Positions 49,332 to 57,644 of a DNA stretch of 64,000 bases are shown piece after piece; position 1 is the stretch's first letter; every line of letters starts with the position of its first letter. The position numbers were made by a program, and so were the translations under genes. The DNA comes from a virus (Duplodnaviria; Caudoviricetes), in the IMG/VR virus record IMGVR_UViG_3300032301_000360, positions 3,819 to 67,818 of that record; one strand, given 5' to 3'. The notes beneath the pieces were generated by a model that searched no databases, was not told the origin of the DNA, and saw nothing but the letters and a program-made list of their open reading frames with translations.

Positions 49332-51106
49332 GCATGATCAACTTTAAATCCTTAACCATTAAGAACTTCCTTTCTGTAGGTGCAGTAACTCAGTCTGTGG
49401 ATTTTACTAGCACAGGTATCACTCTTGTGTTAGGTGAAAACTTGGACCTGGGTGGTAACGGCTCACGTAATGGTGTGGGAAAAACTGTGATCTTTAATGC
49501 ACTGTCGTATGCATTGTTTGGTCAAGCCATCACCAACATTAAGCGAGACAACCTGATCAACACCATCAACAAGAAAAACATGGTGGTGAGTGTGGAGTTT
49601 GATATCAATGGGCAGGTTTATCACATTGAGCGAGGCCGTAAGCCCAACTTTTTCAAGTATGTGGTGGGTGACAAAATGGTGGACACTCAAGGCGCAGATG
49701 AAGCACAGGGTGAGAACAAAGAGACACAAAAAGAAATCGACACAGTGTTGGGTCTTACTCACACCATGTTCAAGCATATTGTGTGTTTGAACACTTATAC
49801 AGAACCATTTTTGCAAATGGGTTCCGGAAAACAACGAGAAATTATTGAAGAGCTGTTGGGAATCACATTACTCAGTCAGAAGGCAGAAAACCTCAAAGAG
49901 TTGATCAAAGTCACAAAGACCAAGATTGAACAAGAAGAGTTTCAGATTCACACCATCAAAAACAGCAACCAGCGTATCCAAAACACCATTCAAGACCTGG
50001 AAAAGAAGATCCTCACATGGGATAACAATCATGACACAGAGTTGTCTGGATTGATGCAAGCCATACAAGAATTGAGCAACTTGGATGTGGTTAACGAAAT
50101 TTCAGCACACAAACAAAATCAACTCAGATCAGAAAAGCAAGCCCAAGCACAAATCTTGAAGAGAGAACTTGCAAGCAGGCAGACAGTGTTGACTCAGTTG
50201 GAAAAGAATCAAAATCGGCTATTGCGTGAATATGCACAATTGCAATCACACACATGCCCCATGTGTGGCAGTCACATGCATGATGCAAAACAGGACCAAC
50301 TCACTTCACAGATGGAACAGGAGATCACACAACAAGATGCACAAATCCAGGAACTTGCGCCTCAAGTTGCAGAGTTTACTCATGCATTACAGGAACTCAC
50401 CCAAGAGTTGACAGATCAGCCTGTACAAGACACTTGGTATCAAACACTGGAACAGGCATATGATCATCGCAACAGCTTGCAACAGTTGGAAAAAGAGGTC
50501 ATCAAGCTCACACAGCAACTGAACCCGTATCAGGATCAAAAACAAAACCTCACAAACACCCTACAAGATATCACATATGATGAACTCAATCAGCTACAAA
50601 CACTCAAGGACCATCAAGAATTTCTGCTCAGACTGTTGGTGAACAAAGACTCTTTTATACGCAAAAAGATTATTGATCAAAACTTGGCCTATCTGAATCA
50701 CAGGCTCACAGAGTATCTGAATGTGTTAAGCATTCAACATGATGTTCAGTTTGTGAATGACCTGAGTGTGCAGATCAATTACATGGGTCAGGACATGGAC
50801 TTTGCACAGTTGAGCAGAGGCGAGAGCACCAGAGTGATCCTGGCACTTTCATGGTCATTCAGAGACATCTGGGAAAACATGAACACCAGCTTGAACTTCA
50901 TGGGTGTGGATGAGCTGATTGATGTGGGACTGGATGCCACAGGTGTGGAAAAGAGCATGGAAGTGCTCAAGACTTTTAGCAGAGATCGTCAAAAGCATGT
51001 GATGCTGATCAGTCATCGTGACGAGCTCTTGCCGCGTGTGGATCGCGTACTCACAGTGGTCAAGGAGGATTCATTTACCAGGCTGCAAACAGACTGGGAA
51101 TCATGA
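49328..51106 (+). CDS. gp46: recombination ATPase subunit, gp46/Rad50/SbcC
   Basis: NGVGKT Walker A, CPMC zinc hook, LSRGE signature, DELID Walker B, ISH. Confidence 0.95.
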   Translation: MSMINFKSLTIKNFLSVGAVTQSVDFTSTGITLVLGENLDLGGNGSRNGVGKTVIFNALSYALFGQAITNIKRDNLINTINKKNMVVSVEFDINGQVYHIERGRKPNFFKYVVGDKMVDTQGADEAQGENKETQKEIDTVLGLTHTMFKHIVCLNTYTEPFLQMGSGKQREIIEELLGITLLSQKAENLKELIKVTKTKIEQEEFQIHTIKNSNQRIQNTIQDLEKKILTWDNNHDTELSGLMQAIQELSNLDVVNEISAHKQNQLRSEKQAQAQILKRELASRQTVLTQLEKNQNRLLREYAQLQSHTCPMCGSHMHDAKQDQLTSQMEQEITQQDAQIQELAPQVAEFTHALQELTQELTDQPVQDTWYQTLEQAYDHRNSLQQLEKEVIKLTQQLNPYQDQKQNLTNTLQDITYDELNQLQTLKDHQEFLLRLLVNKDSFIRKKIIDQNLAYLNHRLTEYLNVLSIQHDVQFVNDLSVQINYMGQDMDFAQLSRGESTRVILALSWSFRDIWENMNTSLNFMGVDELIDVGLDATGVEKSMEVLKTFSRDRQKHVMLISHRDELLPRVDRVLTVVKEDSFTRLQTDWES

Positions 51107-51511
51107 ATCTGACTGGGTGCGTTTGAGGATCTGTTGTTTGTTGTTTTCAAATAATGTTTCAAACTCACACCACACATATGAAAAATATCTGGTGTGATTG
51201 GCCACCTGTAAGGCAGGTAGCCATTTTGCATCAAAACATGCCCATGTGCCCTTGTGGTTGATTCGCACCACCACAAACCACATGTCACCTTCATCTACTG
51301 TGACCAATGTTTGTTTGATCCATGTGTCCAGTTGAAGAATGGGTGCATTACCACTCAGCTTCTCAAAGGGGAACGACTTATAAAACTTACTCTCAATCAC
51401 CAGCTTGTGCATGTGACTGGGTGGAATAATGTCACTCTTGAAATAGTTGATCTGTTGGGCATCCATGCCACTCTTGCGATGAGCGTTTGACCCTCCCAGA
51501 AACGCACCTGA
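51101..51511 (-). pseudogene. C-terminal part of the resident Holliday-junction resolvase, disrupted by insertion
   Basis: The frame extends upstream of the tracked ATG as SGAFLGGSNAHRKSG-MDAQQINYFKSDIIPP...IESKFY (D...ExK); in-frame TAG at 51530-51532 upstream, so the N-terminus is missing here. Confidence 0.75.
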
Positions 51512-51530
51512 ATAATTTATTGCTGCCGCC

Positions 51531-51538
51531 TATAAATA
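51531..51538 (+). promoter_or_regulatory. T4-type late promoter TATAAATA
   Basis: Exact consensus; second TAAATA at 51543-51548; AGGAGG SD before ATG 51567. Confidence 0.75.
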
Positions 51539-51566
51539 CACCTAAATAAATGTTTAGGAGGTAGTA

Positions 51567-52400
51567 ATGAATTATTCAAAGATATATAACAGGTTGATTG
51601 AATCTGCTCAAACCAGATTTGGTCCAGTATCATCATATACTGAAGTCCATCATATCCTTCCACGATGCATAGGTGGTAATGATAATGCATCCAACCTTGT
51701 GGTATTAACACCAGAAGAGCATTATGTGGCCCACCTGTTGTTAATGAAGATGCATCCAGATAATACAAAGCTTGTTTATGCTGCATTTATGATGACTGTA
51801 GGAAAACACAGAAATAATAAATTATACGGATGGTTGAAACGTAAGAGATTTGAAAATCCTATGCCACTCTCCACTAGACTCAAAATTAAGGAGAAGAGAG
51901 CTCTTCAAGTAATGAGTCCCAGGTCTGAGGAAACCAAACAAAAGATGAGGGGACCTAATCCAAAAAAGGCTAGGAAAGGTGAGCTCAATGGATTTTATGG
52001 CAAGAAGCACAGTGCGGAAACTTTGGCTATTCTAGCAGTCAAATGTCCTAACCCAGGTTTAAAAAGAGGACCAGATACCATTCAAAAACTAAAAGACTCG
52101 TTTACTGATGAGCGTAGAGCTGAGGCATCTCGACGTTTAACAGAAAGGAATAAAAACATAACTGAAGAGCACAGACAAGCTACCAGGAATTCAAATATTC
52201 GAAGAGGGATAGAGAAACAAAAGACTAAAATGCGTGCCAATCTGCCTCTATATAAGAGCATATTTGAAAACCTAACAGCTGGATATGAGGTTAAGCATAT
52301 AGCAAAACACCTTGAAGTTGACTATGCATTAGTGTGGAATATTAAGACTAAATGGGAGTATTACTTGATAGCATTTAAGGAAGTTTGTGATGAACAGTAA
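51567..52400 (+). CDS. HNH homing endonuclease with NUMOD3-type DNA-binding motifs
   Basis: YTEVHHILPRCIGG.D.ASNLV.LT.EEH.VAH.LL; later FYGKKHSAET. Confidence 0.9.
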   Translation: MNYSKIYNRLIESAQTRFGPVSSYTEVHHILPRCIGGNDNASNLVVLTPEEHYVAHLLLMKMHPDNTKLVYAAFMMTVGKHRNNKLYGWLKRKRFENPMPLSTRLKIKEKRALQVMSPRSEETKQKMRGPNPKKARKGELNGFYGKKHSAETLAILAVKCPNPGLKRGPDTIQKLKDSFTDERRAEASRRLTERNKNITEEHRQATRNSNIRRGIEKQKTKMRANLPLYKSIFENLTAGYEVKHIAKHLEVDYALVWNIKTKWEYYLIAFKEVCDEQ

Positions 52401-52878
52401 AAATAAGGGGAATACTTACGAAAGAAAGATATCAAATTTACTCTCAGGTAGATTTAAAACCCTGTTAAACGAGGACAAAGGATTCAGACGCAATCCTGAT
52501 AGTGGCAGCTATTTCGGAGGCAGCAATTCTACCAAATTGCAAACACATAATTTGGATTATGCAGTATTTGGCGATATAATTTGTCCCAAAAATTTCAAAT
52601 TCACTATAGAGTGCAAGCACTATAAGTCCCCTCCATCATTTAAATCCATAGTCGAACAAAAAGTAACAAGTTGGGATGGATGGATTGATCAAGCACTACA
52701 GGACGCAGCTAGTGCTAAAAAACATCCTATGATACTGATCAAATACAACAATGTTGATGACTTTGTCATGCTACAAGAGCCATTGGCGACAGGAAACCTT
52801 ATTCTAACATACAAAGGATTTCATTTGTATAAAATTGGGGAATTATTGGTACAACCGGACAGCTACTTTTTCGAATGA
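52387..52878 (+). CDS. Holliday-junction resolvase-like PD-(D/E)xK nuclease (cassette-borne copy)
   Basis: SKNKGNTYER...RRNPDSGSYFGGSN...GDIICP...IECKHY...WI.QA. Confidence 0.8.
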   Translation: MMNSKNKGNTYERKISNLLSGRFKTLLNEDKGFRRNPDSGSYFGGSNSTKLQTHNLDYAVFGDIICPKNFKFTIECKHYKSPPSFKSIVEQKVTSWDGWIDQALQDAASAKKHPMILIKYNNVDDFVMLQEPLATGNLILTYKGFHLYKIGELLVQPDSYFFE

Positions 52879-52960
52879 ACTTGGCACCAAACAGTTCTGT
52901 GAGAAATTTGGCTATCTTGAGTTCGCCCATGTTACCTTTGCTCTTACCTTTTGAAGGCAT
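52871..52960 (-). pseudogene. N-terminal part of the resident resolvase (not in ORF track)
   Basis: Hand translation MPSKGKSKGNMGELKIAKFLTELFGAKFIR, homologous to SKNKGNTYERKIS...FRR of the cassette copy; CAGG SD upstream. Confidence 0.8.
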
Positions 52961-53060
52961 GATGTGATGTACCTGTGTGAAATATATGGTGTCATAGTTA
53001 TCTAATCGATTGACGCTGCATATGCGAATACCCTAGCATGATTCAGTAAGGACGTCACAC

Positions 53061-53774
53061 ATGCATTATAAACCCAGATTCAGAAACAGCAGCTTCACCG
53101 TGTGGGTGGAACCAGCAGATCAGCTACGCCTAAAACAATTCGCACAACATGAGCTGGTGTTTTACAACACCATAATTGAAGCCATGGAAAGTCGCACCAG
53201 GGCATTCAGCAAACAAGTTGCAGAAGCCACAGATGCACAAATACAGATCATGTGCGACTCTATGATCACAAAACAACTGCCGGCCTCAGGTGCTTTGCCA
53301 GACTGGATGCAATTTGTCACACAGCAAATTCTCAAGCCCAAGTTAGCAGTGCTGCCTGAATGCAAGCACATGATGACACGCAGCCTCATGCAGTTTTTTA
53401 GAGAACAAGCTGTCATCTTAAAAGATCCCATCAATAACGATAAATTGGAAATCAGCTACAAAGTGGCTCCCCAAAATCTCAGCAAACTGGATTCCACCAC
53501 CAAGCGACATTTACAGATACCCAGATCTTGTGTGAGGGTACAATGGGATCCTGCACAGGAAGTCAGTTTGATTCACACACAATTGACCACCATGCCATTA
53601 AAAGTTCCCAATGTGAACCTTAATGAAAATGAGGGTTGGCATCTCATGGTGGTGCGCCAGGAACCAGGTCGGTATGTGCCACCTGACACGCCCTGGATGG
53701 TGGAATTCAAACAAACACACAATCAATACTTGATCAAACTCACGGACGCAGGATCAAACAGGCCCACCATGTGA
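53061..53774 (+). CDS. TnpB/Cas12-like recognition lobe only (WED-REC-WED), no RuvC
   Basis: RNSSFTVWVEP...VFYN...QFFR...LMVVRQEPG...W parallels TnpB RNKAFVVRLYP...FVYN...NFFR...NVTVRR..EG; the ORF ends where the RuvC-I GxDxG motif would begin; AAGGA SD. Alignment by eye against recalled TnpB sequence. Confidence 0.6.
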   Translation: MHYKPRFRNSSFTVWVEPADQLRLKQFAQHELVFYNTIIEAMESRTRAFSKQVAEATDAQIQIMCDSMITKQLPASGALPDWMQFVTQQILKPKLAVLPECKHMMTRSLMQFFREQAVILKDPINNDKLEISYKVAPQNLSKLDSTTKRHLQIPRSCVRVQWDPAQEVSLIHTQLTTMPLKVPNVNLNENEGWHLMVVRQEPGRYVPPDTPWMVEFKQTHNQYLIKLTDAGSNRPTM

Positions 53775-53789
53775 TCTGATCAGATCACA

Positions 53790-54190
53790 AACTCAGACCA
53801 TACCAGCTCAGAATGGCAGTACACTGCCTGTGTCCGATCTCCGCGAAGGGAGGTAAACCACATGGAGGAAGTTGTTAGCTCACCTCCGCTGGACAAGCTA
53901 ACAGAAAGGAAGAGACCTCTCACAGGCTGCTGTGATGTTTCTACATGTGATCGCCACAGCTCAAGGGTGGTCAACATGTGCAGGGGTCATTGACCCCTAA
54001 CCGAGTAGGGTTGTGACGTAGTCACGTAATGCCCAGAAGCGAGCTTGTTGTGGGGGAATGTAGGTACTCTGCCCCCACGATCTATCTGGATCACAAGCGA
54101 CTTGAGCTAGGCGGACACCTCATCGAAAGGCCGTTAAAAAACACTTCTCCCCTCACCGGGGAGAAGTGTGGCTCCGTCCTATCGAAATGG
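53790..54190 (+). ncRNA. putative large structured ncRNA (omega-RNA-like or new class)
   Basis: At least 8 helices found by eye, nested, including an H-type pseudoknot; no credible ORF; strand inferred from the upstream gene; ends approximate. Confidence 0.6.
54135..54169 (-). terminator. intrinsic terminator for the gp26/gp51-like transcript
   Basis: Perfect 12-bp stem ACACTTCTCCCC/GGGGAGAAGTGT with 5-nt loop, followed on the minus strand by a U-tract (plus-strand A-run 54136-54141). Confidence 0.75.
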
Positions 54191-54192
54191 AT

Positions 54193-54372
54193 TTACTTCT
54201 TAGGGGTTTTATATGCATCAGCTTGGGCCTGAAAATGAGTATTAATCTGTTCATTTAGATGCGTTAATTGTGCCATAGAAATCGAATACGCATCAATATA
54301 TGATATGCCCCCATTCATGTAATAAACCACATGACATATATCTTGTTCTATTTGCTTTATTGCCCGCTCCAT
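54193..54372 (-). CDS. gp51-like baseplate hub assembly protein (possibly the -1 frameshift extension of the gp26-like gene; not in ORF track)
   Basis: Hand translation MERAIKQIEQDICHVVYYMNGGISYIDAYSISMAQLTHLNEQINTHFQAQADAYKTPKK; the frame is open back across the gp26-like stop to 54441. Confidence 0.7.
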   Translation of the reverse strand: MERAIKQIEQDICHVVYYMNGGISYIDAYSISMAQLTHLNEQINTHFQAQADAYKTPKK

Positions 54373-54419
54373 GTCTGAAAGTAATTTGGTTATGTCCTCT
54401 GCATTACCTGATAGGAGCG

Positions 54420-55256
54420 TTAGTCGAAAAAATTTGTTGGGTCAAAATCTAACTCCTGTTCCCATTCATTACTGCATGACTCACACAATAAGGTAGTTTT
54501 ATTCATTATACCGCTGTTATTGATATCTTTTATTTTTGAACTAATTGCATCAGCTTCTCTTTTGGTTAAACTTAGCACAAATTCTTTTATGAATCCTTCC
54601 TCTTCCACGACTTGTCCACTGGATTGTATTTGTACAGACACCACACTCATGGTTACCAAATCCAGAAGTCTGGAACTTATCCTTTGCACAATTTTGGTTA
54701 TTTCTATAGCCTGCTGTTCTGTGTCCAGATCTGTTTGACTATTCAGTACCTTACCTGCTTTGGACTCTTCAATTTCATTTAATAGACTTAAATGTCGCTG
54801 TTTGAAGTTAAATGGTCGCACTCTAACGACATATTCATCATTTATTAATACACTTGGGTCATTTTCTGTTTTTGTTTGGGTATCTAACATATCTGTTAAG
54901 TTGAACATAAAGCTCTGAGCTTTTTTACATGCTGGACATTCTCCTTCCCATTCCCACCGTGAACCATTTGTGGCTGCTCTGATAGCCACAAATAATGCAT
55001 TAATGTCAGGTTCAACTAGCATGCTTGAATCAGTTATATCAGGTACGCAGCTTTGAATAATTTGAACCATGGTTTCCCCATTGAGTAGGGCATCAGGTGT
55101 TTTTAAAAGAATTTGATCTCTAACTGTGAGAGCATAAACGGCTACTTCTTTGTTAATACTGGTTTTAACTGAATCAGGGGGGTAGAATTGAAGCTGGCTG
55201 GGTAAGCTACAATAAAGCTTGGGTACTCTATGTTTGGCCATTAATGGGTTTTGCAT
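54420..55256 (-). CDS. gp26: baseplate hub assembly chaperone, T4 gp26-like
   Basis: NPL...R.PKLY..LPS...YP; LKTPDALLNG; D...L.VAIR.AT.G; CPAC and CESC zinc pairs; TAAATA at 55278-55283 (minus strand). Confidence 0.8.
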   Translation of the reverse strand: MQNPLMAKHRVPKLYCSLPSQLQFYPPDSVKTSINKEVAVYALTVRDQILLKTPDALLNGETMVQIIQSCVPDITDSSMLVEPDINALFVAIRAATNGSRWEWEGECPACKKAQSFMFNLTDMLDTQTKTENDPSVLINDEYVVRVRPFNFKQRHLSLLNEIEESKAGKVLNSQTDLDTEQQAIEITKIVQRISSRLLDLVTMSVVSVQIQSSGQVVEEEGFIKEFVLSLTKREADAISSKIKDINNSGIMNKTTLLCESCSNEWEQELDFDPTNFFD

Positions 55257-55323
55257 GTGTTATCCTTCAATAAGCATTATTTAATACGTTTAAATACATG
55301 TGAATCTTTTTTAGAGAAGAAAT

Positions 55324-57579
55324 ATGGATACTATCAAAGTTGACAGGGACCAGAGTGATAGTTGGGCCCAAGAAAGAACCTTGAAAGACCTACTTAGGGC
55401 AGCAGAATCTAATAATAGCATATTAAAAGCAGTTGCAAAAGCTAGGAATATTGATTTAACTGGTATTGGGCAGTTAGACAGCGCCGCCAGCGGCGCTGCG
55501 AGTAGTGTAACCACTTTAGTGAGAGGTGTTGATCAAGGAACCAAGGCCGTAAGATCATACGAACAGGCTGTATATGATTTGCAACGTAAGACTGACAGAT
55601 TTTCTAGAGGAATAGCAGACGGTGCTAGAGGTTTAAAACAGGCTCCCAATATAGCTGATGCTATCACTAATGCAGGCAGGGGAATAGCTAATTTTGGGGA
55701 TACTTTGGCTGCCGTGGGGGGCAGAGGCAGAGGGGCTGGTCTTGCTAGAGGATTGGGTGCAGCCACAAGGATGGCAGGTGCATTAGCTATTACTAGCGGA
55801 GCAGTAATAGGCAGATTTATTGAAGCAGGCGATGTCTTCCGGGACATGATAGGTTCAGGTGTTATTTTTGATGGCACTATTAGTGGCATGATTCAATCTG
55901 TGCGTAGCACTGGTATGAGTTTGGAAAGTGCAGGACAGCTAATACAAAGTCATAGTGAAGCCATATTGATCACAGGGGAACAGAGATTTTTTAACACTGT
56001 GAATGCAATGCAGGGCACATTCAACAGAATGGGTTTAGATGCGACCAGAGGGGCTGAAGCTTTAGCAAATTTGACAGAAGAGCAACGACTGAGTGGTAGT
56101 TTATTCATGACTACTGAAGATCAACGTATTGCTGCCAACACTACCATGTTAAATCAAATGCAAGCTCAAGCCAGATTGACTGGTGTTAGCCTTAGGCGTC
56201 AGCAAACTGAGCAGCAAGCTTTGGCACGTAGAGAAAAGGTAAGGATACTGGAGGCTGGTATGAGTGGACCAGAACGTGATACGTTTATAGCCCAGCGATC
56301 AGCTTACTTGAATATGGGGATTAGTGCTGACATAATAGAAGAAGCATTTATTGAAGCCAGAACTGGAACTAGATCACAACAAGGAGGATTTGCTCAAAAT
56401 ATACTGGGTACAGAATATAACAGATTAATTCAACAAATTAGAACAGGAGAAGCTGCAGGTGGTTTGGATCAGCGTGAAGCTGTGGCAGCCGCGACTGAAA
56501 GGTTCAGGTCCCAAAATGAAACATTATTAACTCGTGGTCAAAGCCCCTTTGCTACATTTGGCAGATCTGCAGTGGTAGGCCTGATGGAAGCAGGCAGACC
56601 TCTCACGGGACCTCCAGGTCAGGAAGCAGAGACCCAAGCAAGACGAGACCAGTTTGTAAGAGCACTAGAGGGTCAAACCATGTTAGCAGACAGTACTGTG
56701 AAATTATATGAGATGCAGGATAGTGTTGGAAAAATTATGGGCAGAATAGAAGGTACTCTAGCTAAACTTGCAGAACCTGCTGTGGCGCTCTTTGCGACTA
56801 ATATGGCTGCTGCGGCCACAAGAGTGGCAGACTTTTTAATGGGTCGGGAGGGTGTAACTTTAGATCAAATGCTAGTAAGTATGGGCATAGCTATGGGGGC
56901 AGAAGGTGCTAGGAATGCAGAAGTGGGTGCTGCCCTGATAGCTTTGGCAGGCGGTGGTATTTTAGCAAGTAGGCAGGCAGCTGGAGCAGGCGGTGGAGGT
57001 GGCGGTGGAGGTGGCGGTGGAGGTGGCGGGGGTGGTGGAGGAATACCACCTGTTGTAGCGGGTTTTGGTCGTGGAGTAGCTGGTGCAGTTGGTTCTGCAA
57101 TAGGTATAGAACAGCTTGTAAGTGCGTATACCGCATGGACACAAGGAAACTATTTGGAAGCTGCTGGACATTTAGGAGTGGCTGCGGCAAGGAATTCACC
57201 TGCGGGAAGAGTATTGGGTATAGCAGATTTTTTAACGGAGTTGGCTACAGGTAGAGGTTTAGTTGCCAGAACAACAGGTATATTTGGGGGGGATGCTAGT
57301 GTACGAGGTCAAGAGGCTGCTACACAGGCAGCTGCGGCGGCGCAACTAAGTGCGCCTGGACGAACTCCTTTGCCTGCAATACCCCCAACAGGATCTTTGA
57401 CACCAGAACAGAGAGTAGCCCTAGATGCTCAGATCCAAACTATTGTAACCCGGATAGGTGAGTTACAGGCTTCAGGGGCAGATGCTAGAAACCGAGAGCT
57501 ATTAGAACTACAACGTGAAAGCAATGAACTTCAACGAAGATTATTAAATGAGATACGTGGTGTAAGAAATAATCAATAA
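55324..57579 (+). CDS. tape-measure-like (T4 gp29-like) protein
   Basis: 751-aa Ala/Gly/Gln-rich helical ORF with hydrophobic segments, divergent from the gp26-like gene and upstream of the portal; TAAATA at 55291-55296. Confidence 0.65.
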   Translation: MDTIKVDRDQSDSWAQERTLKDLLRAAESNNSILKAVAKARNIDLTGIGQLDSAASGAASSVTTLVRGVDQGTKAVRSYEQAVYDLQRKTDRFSRGIADGARGLKQAPNIADAITNAGRGIANFGDTLAAVGGRGRGAGLARGLGAATRMAGALAITSGAVIGRFIEAGDVFRDMIGSGVIFDGTISGMIQSVRSTGMSLESAGQLIQSHSEAILITGEQRFFNTVNAMQGTFNRMGLDATRGAEALANLTEEQRLSGSLFMTTEDQRIAANTTMLNQMQAQARLTGVSLRRQQTEQQALARREKVRILEAGMSGPERDTFIAQRSAYLNMGISADIIEEAFIEARTGTRSQQGGFAQNILGTEYNRLIQQIRTGEAAGGLDQREAVAAATERFRSQNETLLTRGQSPFATFGRSAVVGLMEAGRPLTGPPGQEAETQARRDQFVRALEGQTMLADSTVKLYEMQDSVGKIMGRIEGTLAKLAEPAVALFATNMAAAATRVADFLMGREGVTLDQMLVSMGIAMGAEGARNAEVGAALIALAGGGILASRQAAGAGGGGGGGGGGGGGGGGGGIPPVVAGFGRGVAGAVGSAIGIEQLVSAYTAWTQGNYLEAAGHLGVAAARNSPAGRVLGIADFLTELATGRGLVARTTGIFGGDASVRGQEAATQAAAAAQLSAPGRTPLPAIPPTGSLTPEQRVALDAQIQTIVTRIGELQASGADARNRELLELQRESNELQRRLLNEIRGVRNNQ
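56989..57042 (+). repeat. poly-glycine tract (18 Gly)
   Basis: GGCGGTGGAGGT x3 plus 18 degenerate nt. Confidence 0.9.
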
Positions 57580-57644
57580 ATTTCATTCCAGTATATAACA
57601 ACATGTAAATACCCTAGTAAACACACAGGATAACACACCCTCCC

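Larger units (their letters stand above)
51512..52870 (+). mobile_element. homing-endonuclease plus replacement-resolvase cassette
   Basis: AT-rich block with its own TATAAATA promoter, lying exactly between the two halves of a minus-strand resolvase gene. Confidence 0.7.

Noticed and set aside
51512-52870. Group I or II intron interrupting the resolvase
   Set aside because: The insert is almost fully occupied by two antisense ORFs, leaving about 55 nt; there is no terminal G or GUGYG boundary and no P7 or domain V motif; the conserved Pro codon at the junction is missing.
54141-54169. 12-bp hairpin as independent evidence for the ncRNA
   Set aside because: It is adequately explained as the intrinsic terminator of the convergent minus-strand operon (U-tract on that strand), so it was not counted toward the RNA call.
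53780-54232. ORFs 53780-53977 (-) and 54029-54232 (+), or a frameshifted RuvC remnant
   Set aside because: No SD or recognisable motifs; no GxDxG, ExL or DxNAA motif was seen in the frames examined; dense base-pairing explains the region better; 54029-54232 overlaps the convergent gp51-like gene.
53000-54400. CRISPR array associated with the TnpB-like gene
   Set aside because: No repeat-spacer periodicity; only one imperfect 13-nt repeat pair.
56909-57199. His/Thr-repeat minus-strand ORFs (also 42229-42648)
   Set aside because: Artefacts of poly-Gly and Pro-rich repeats read in other frames.
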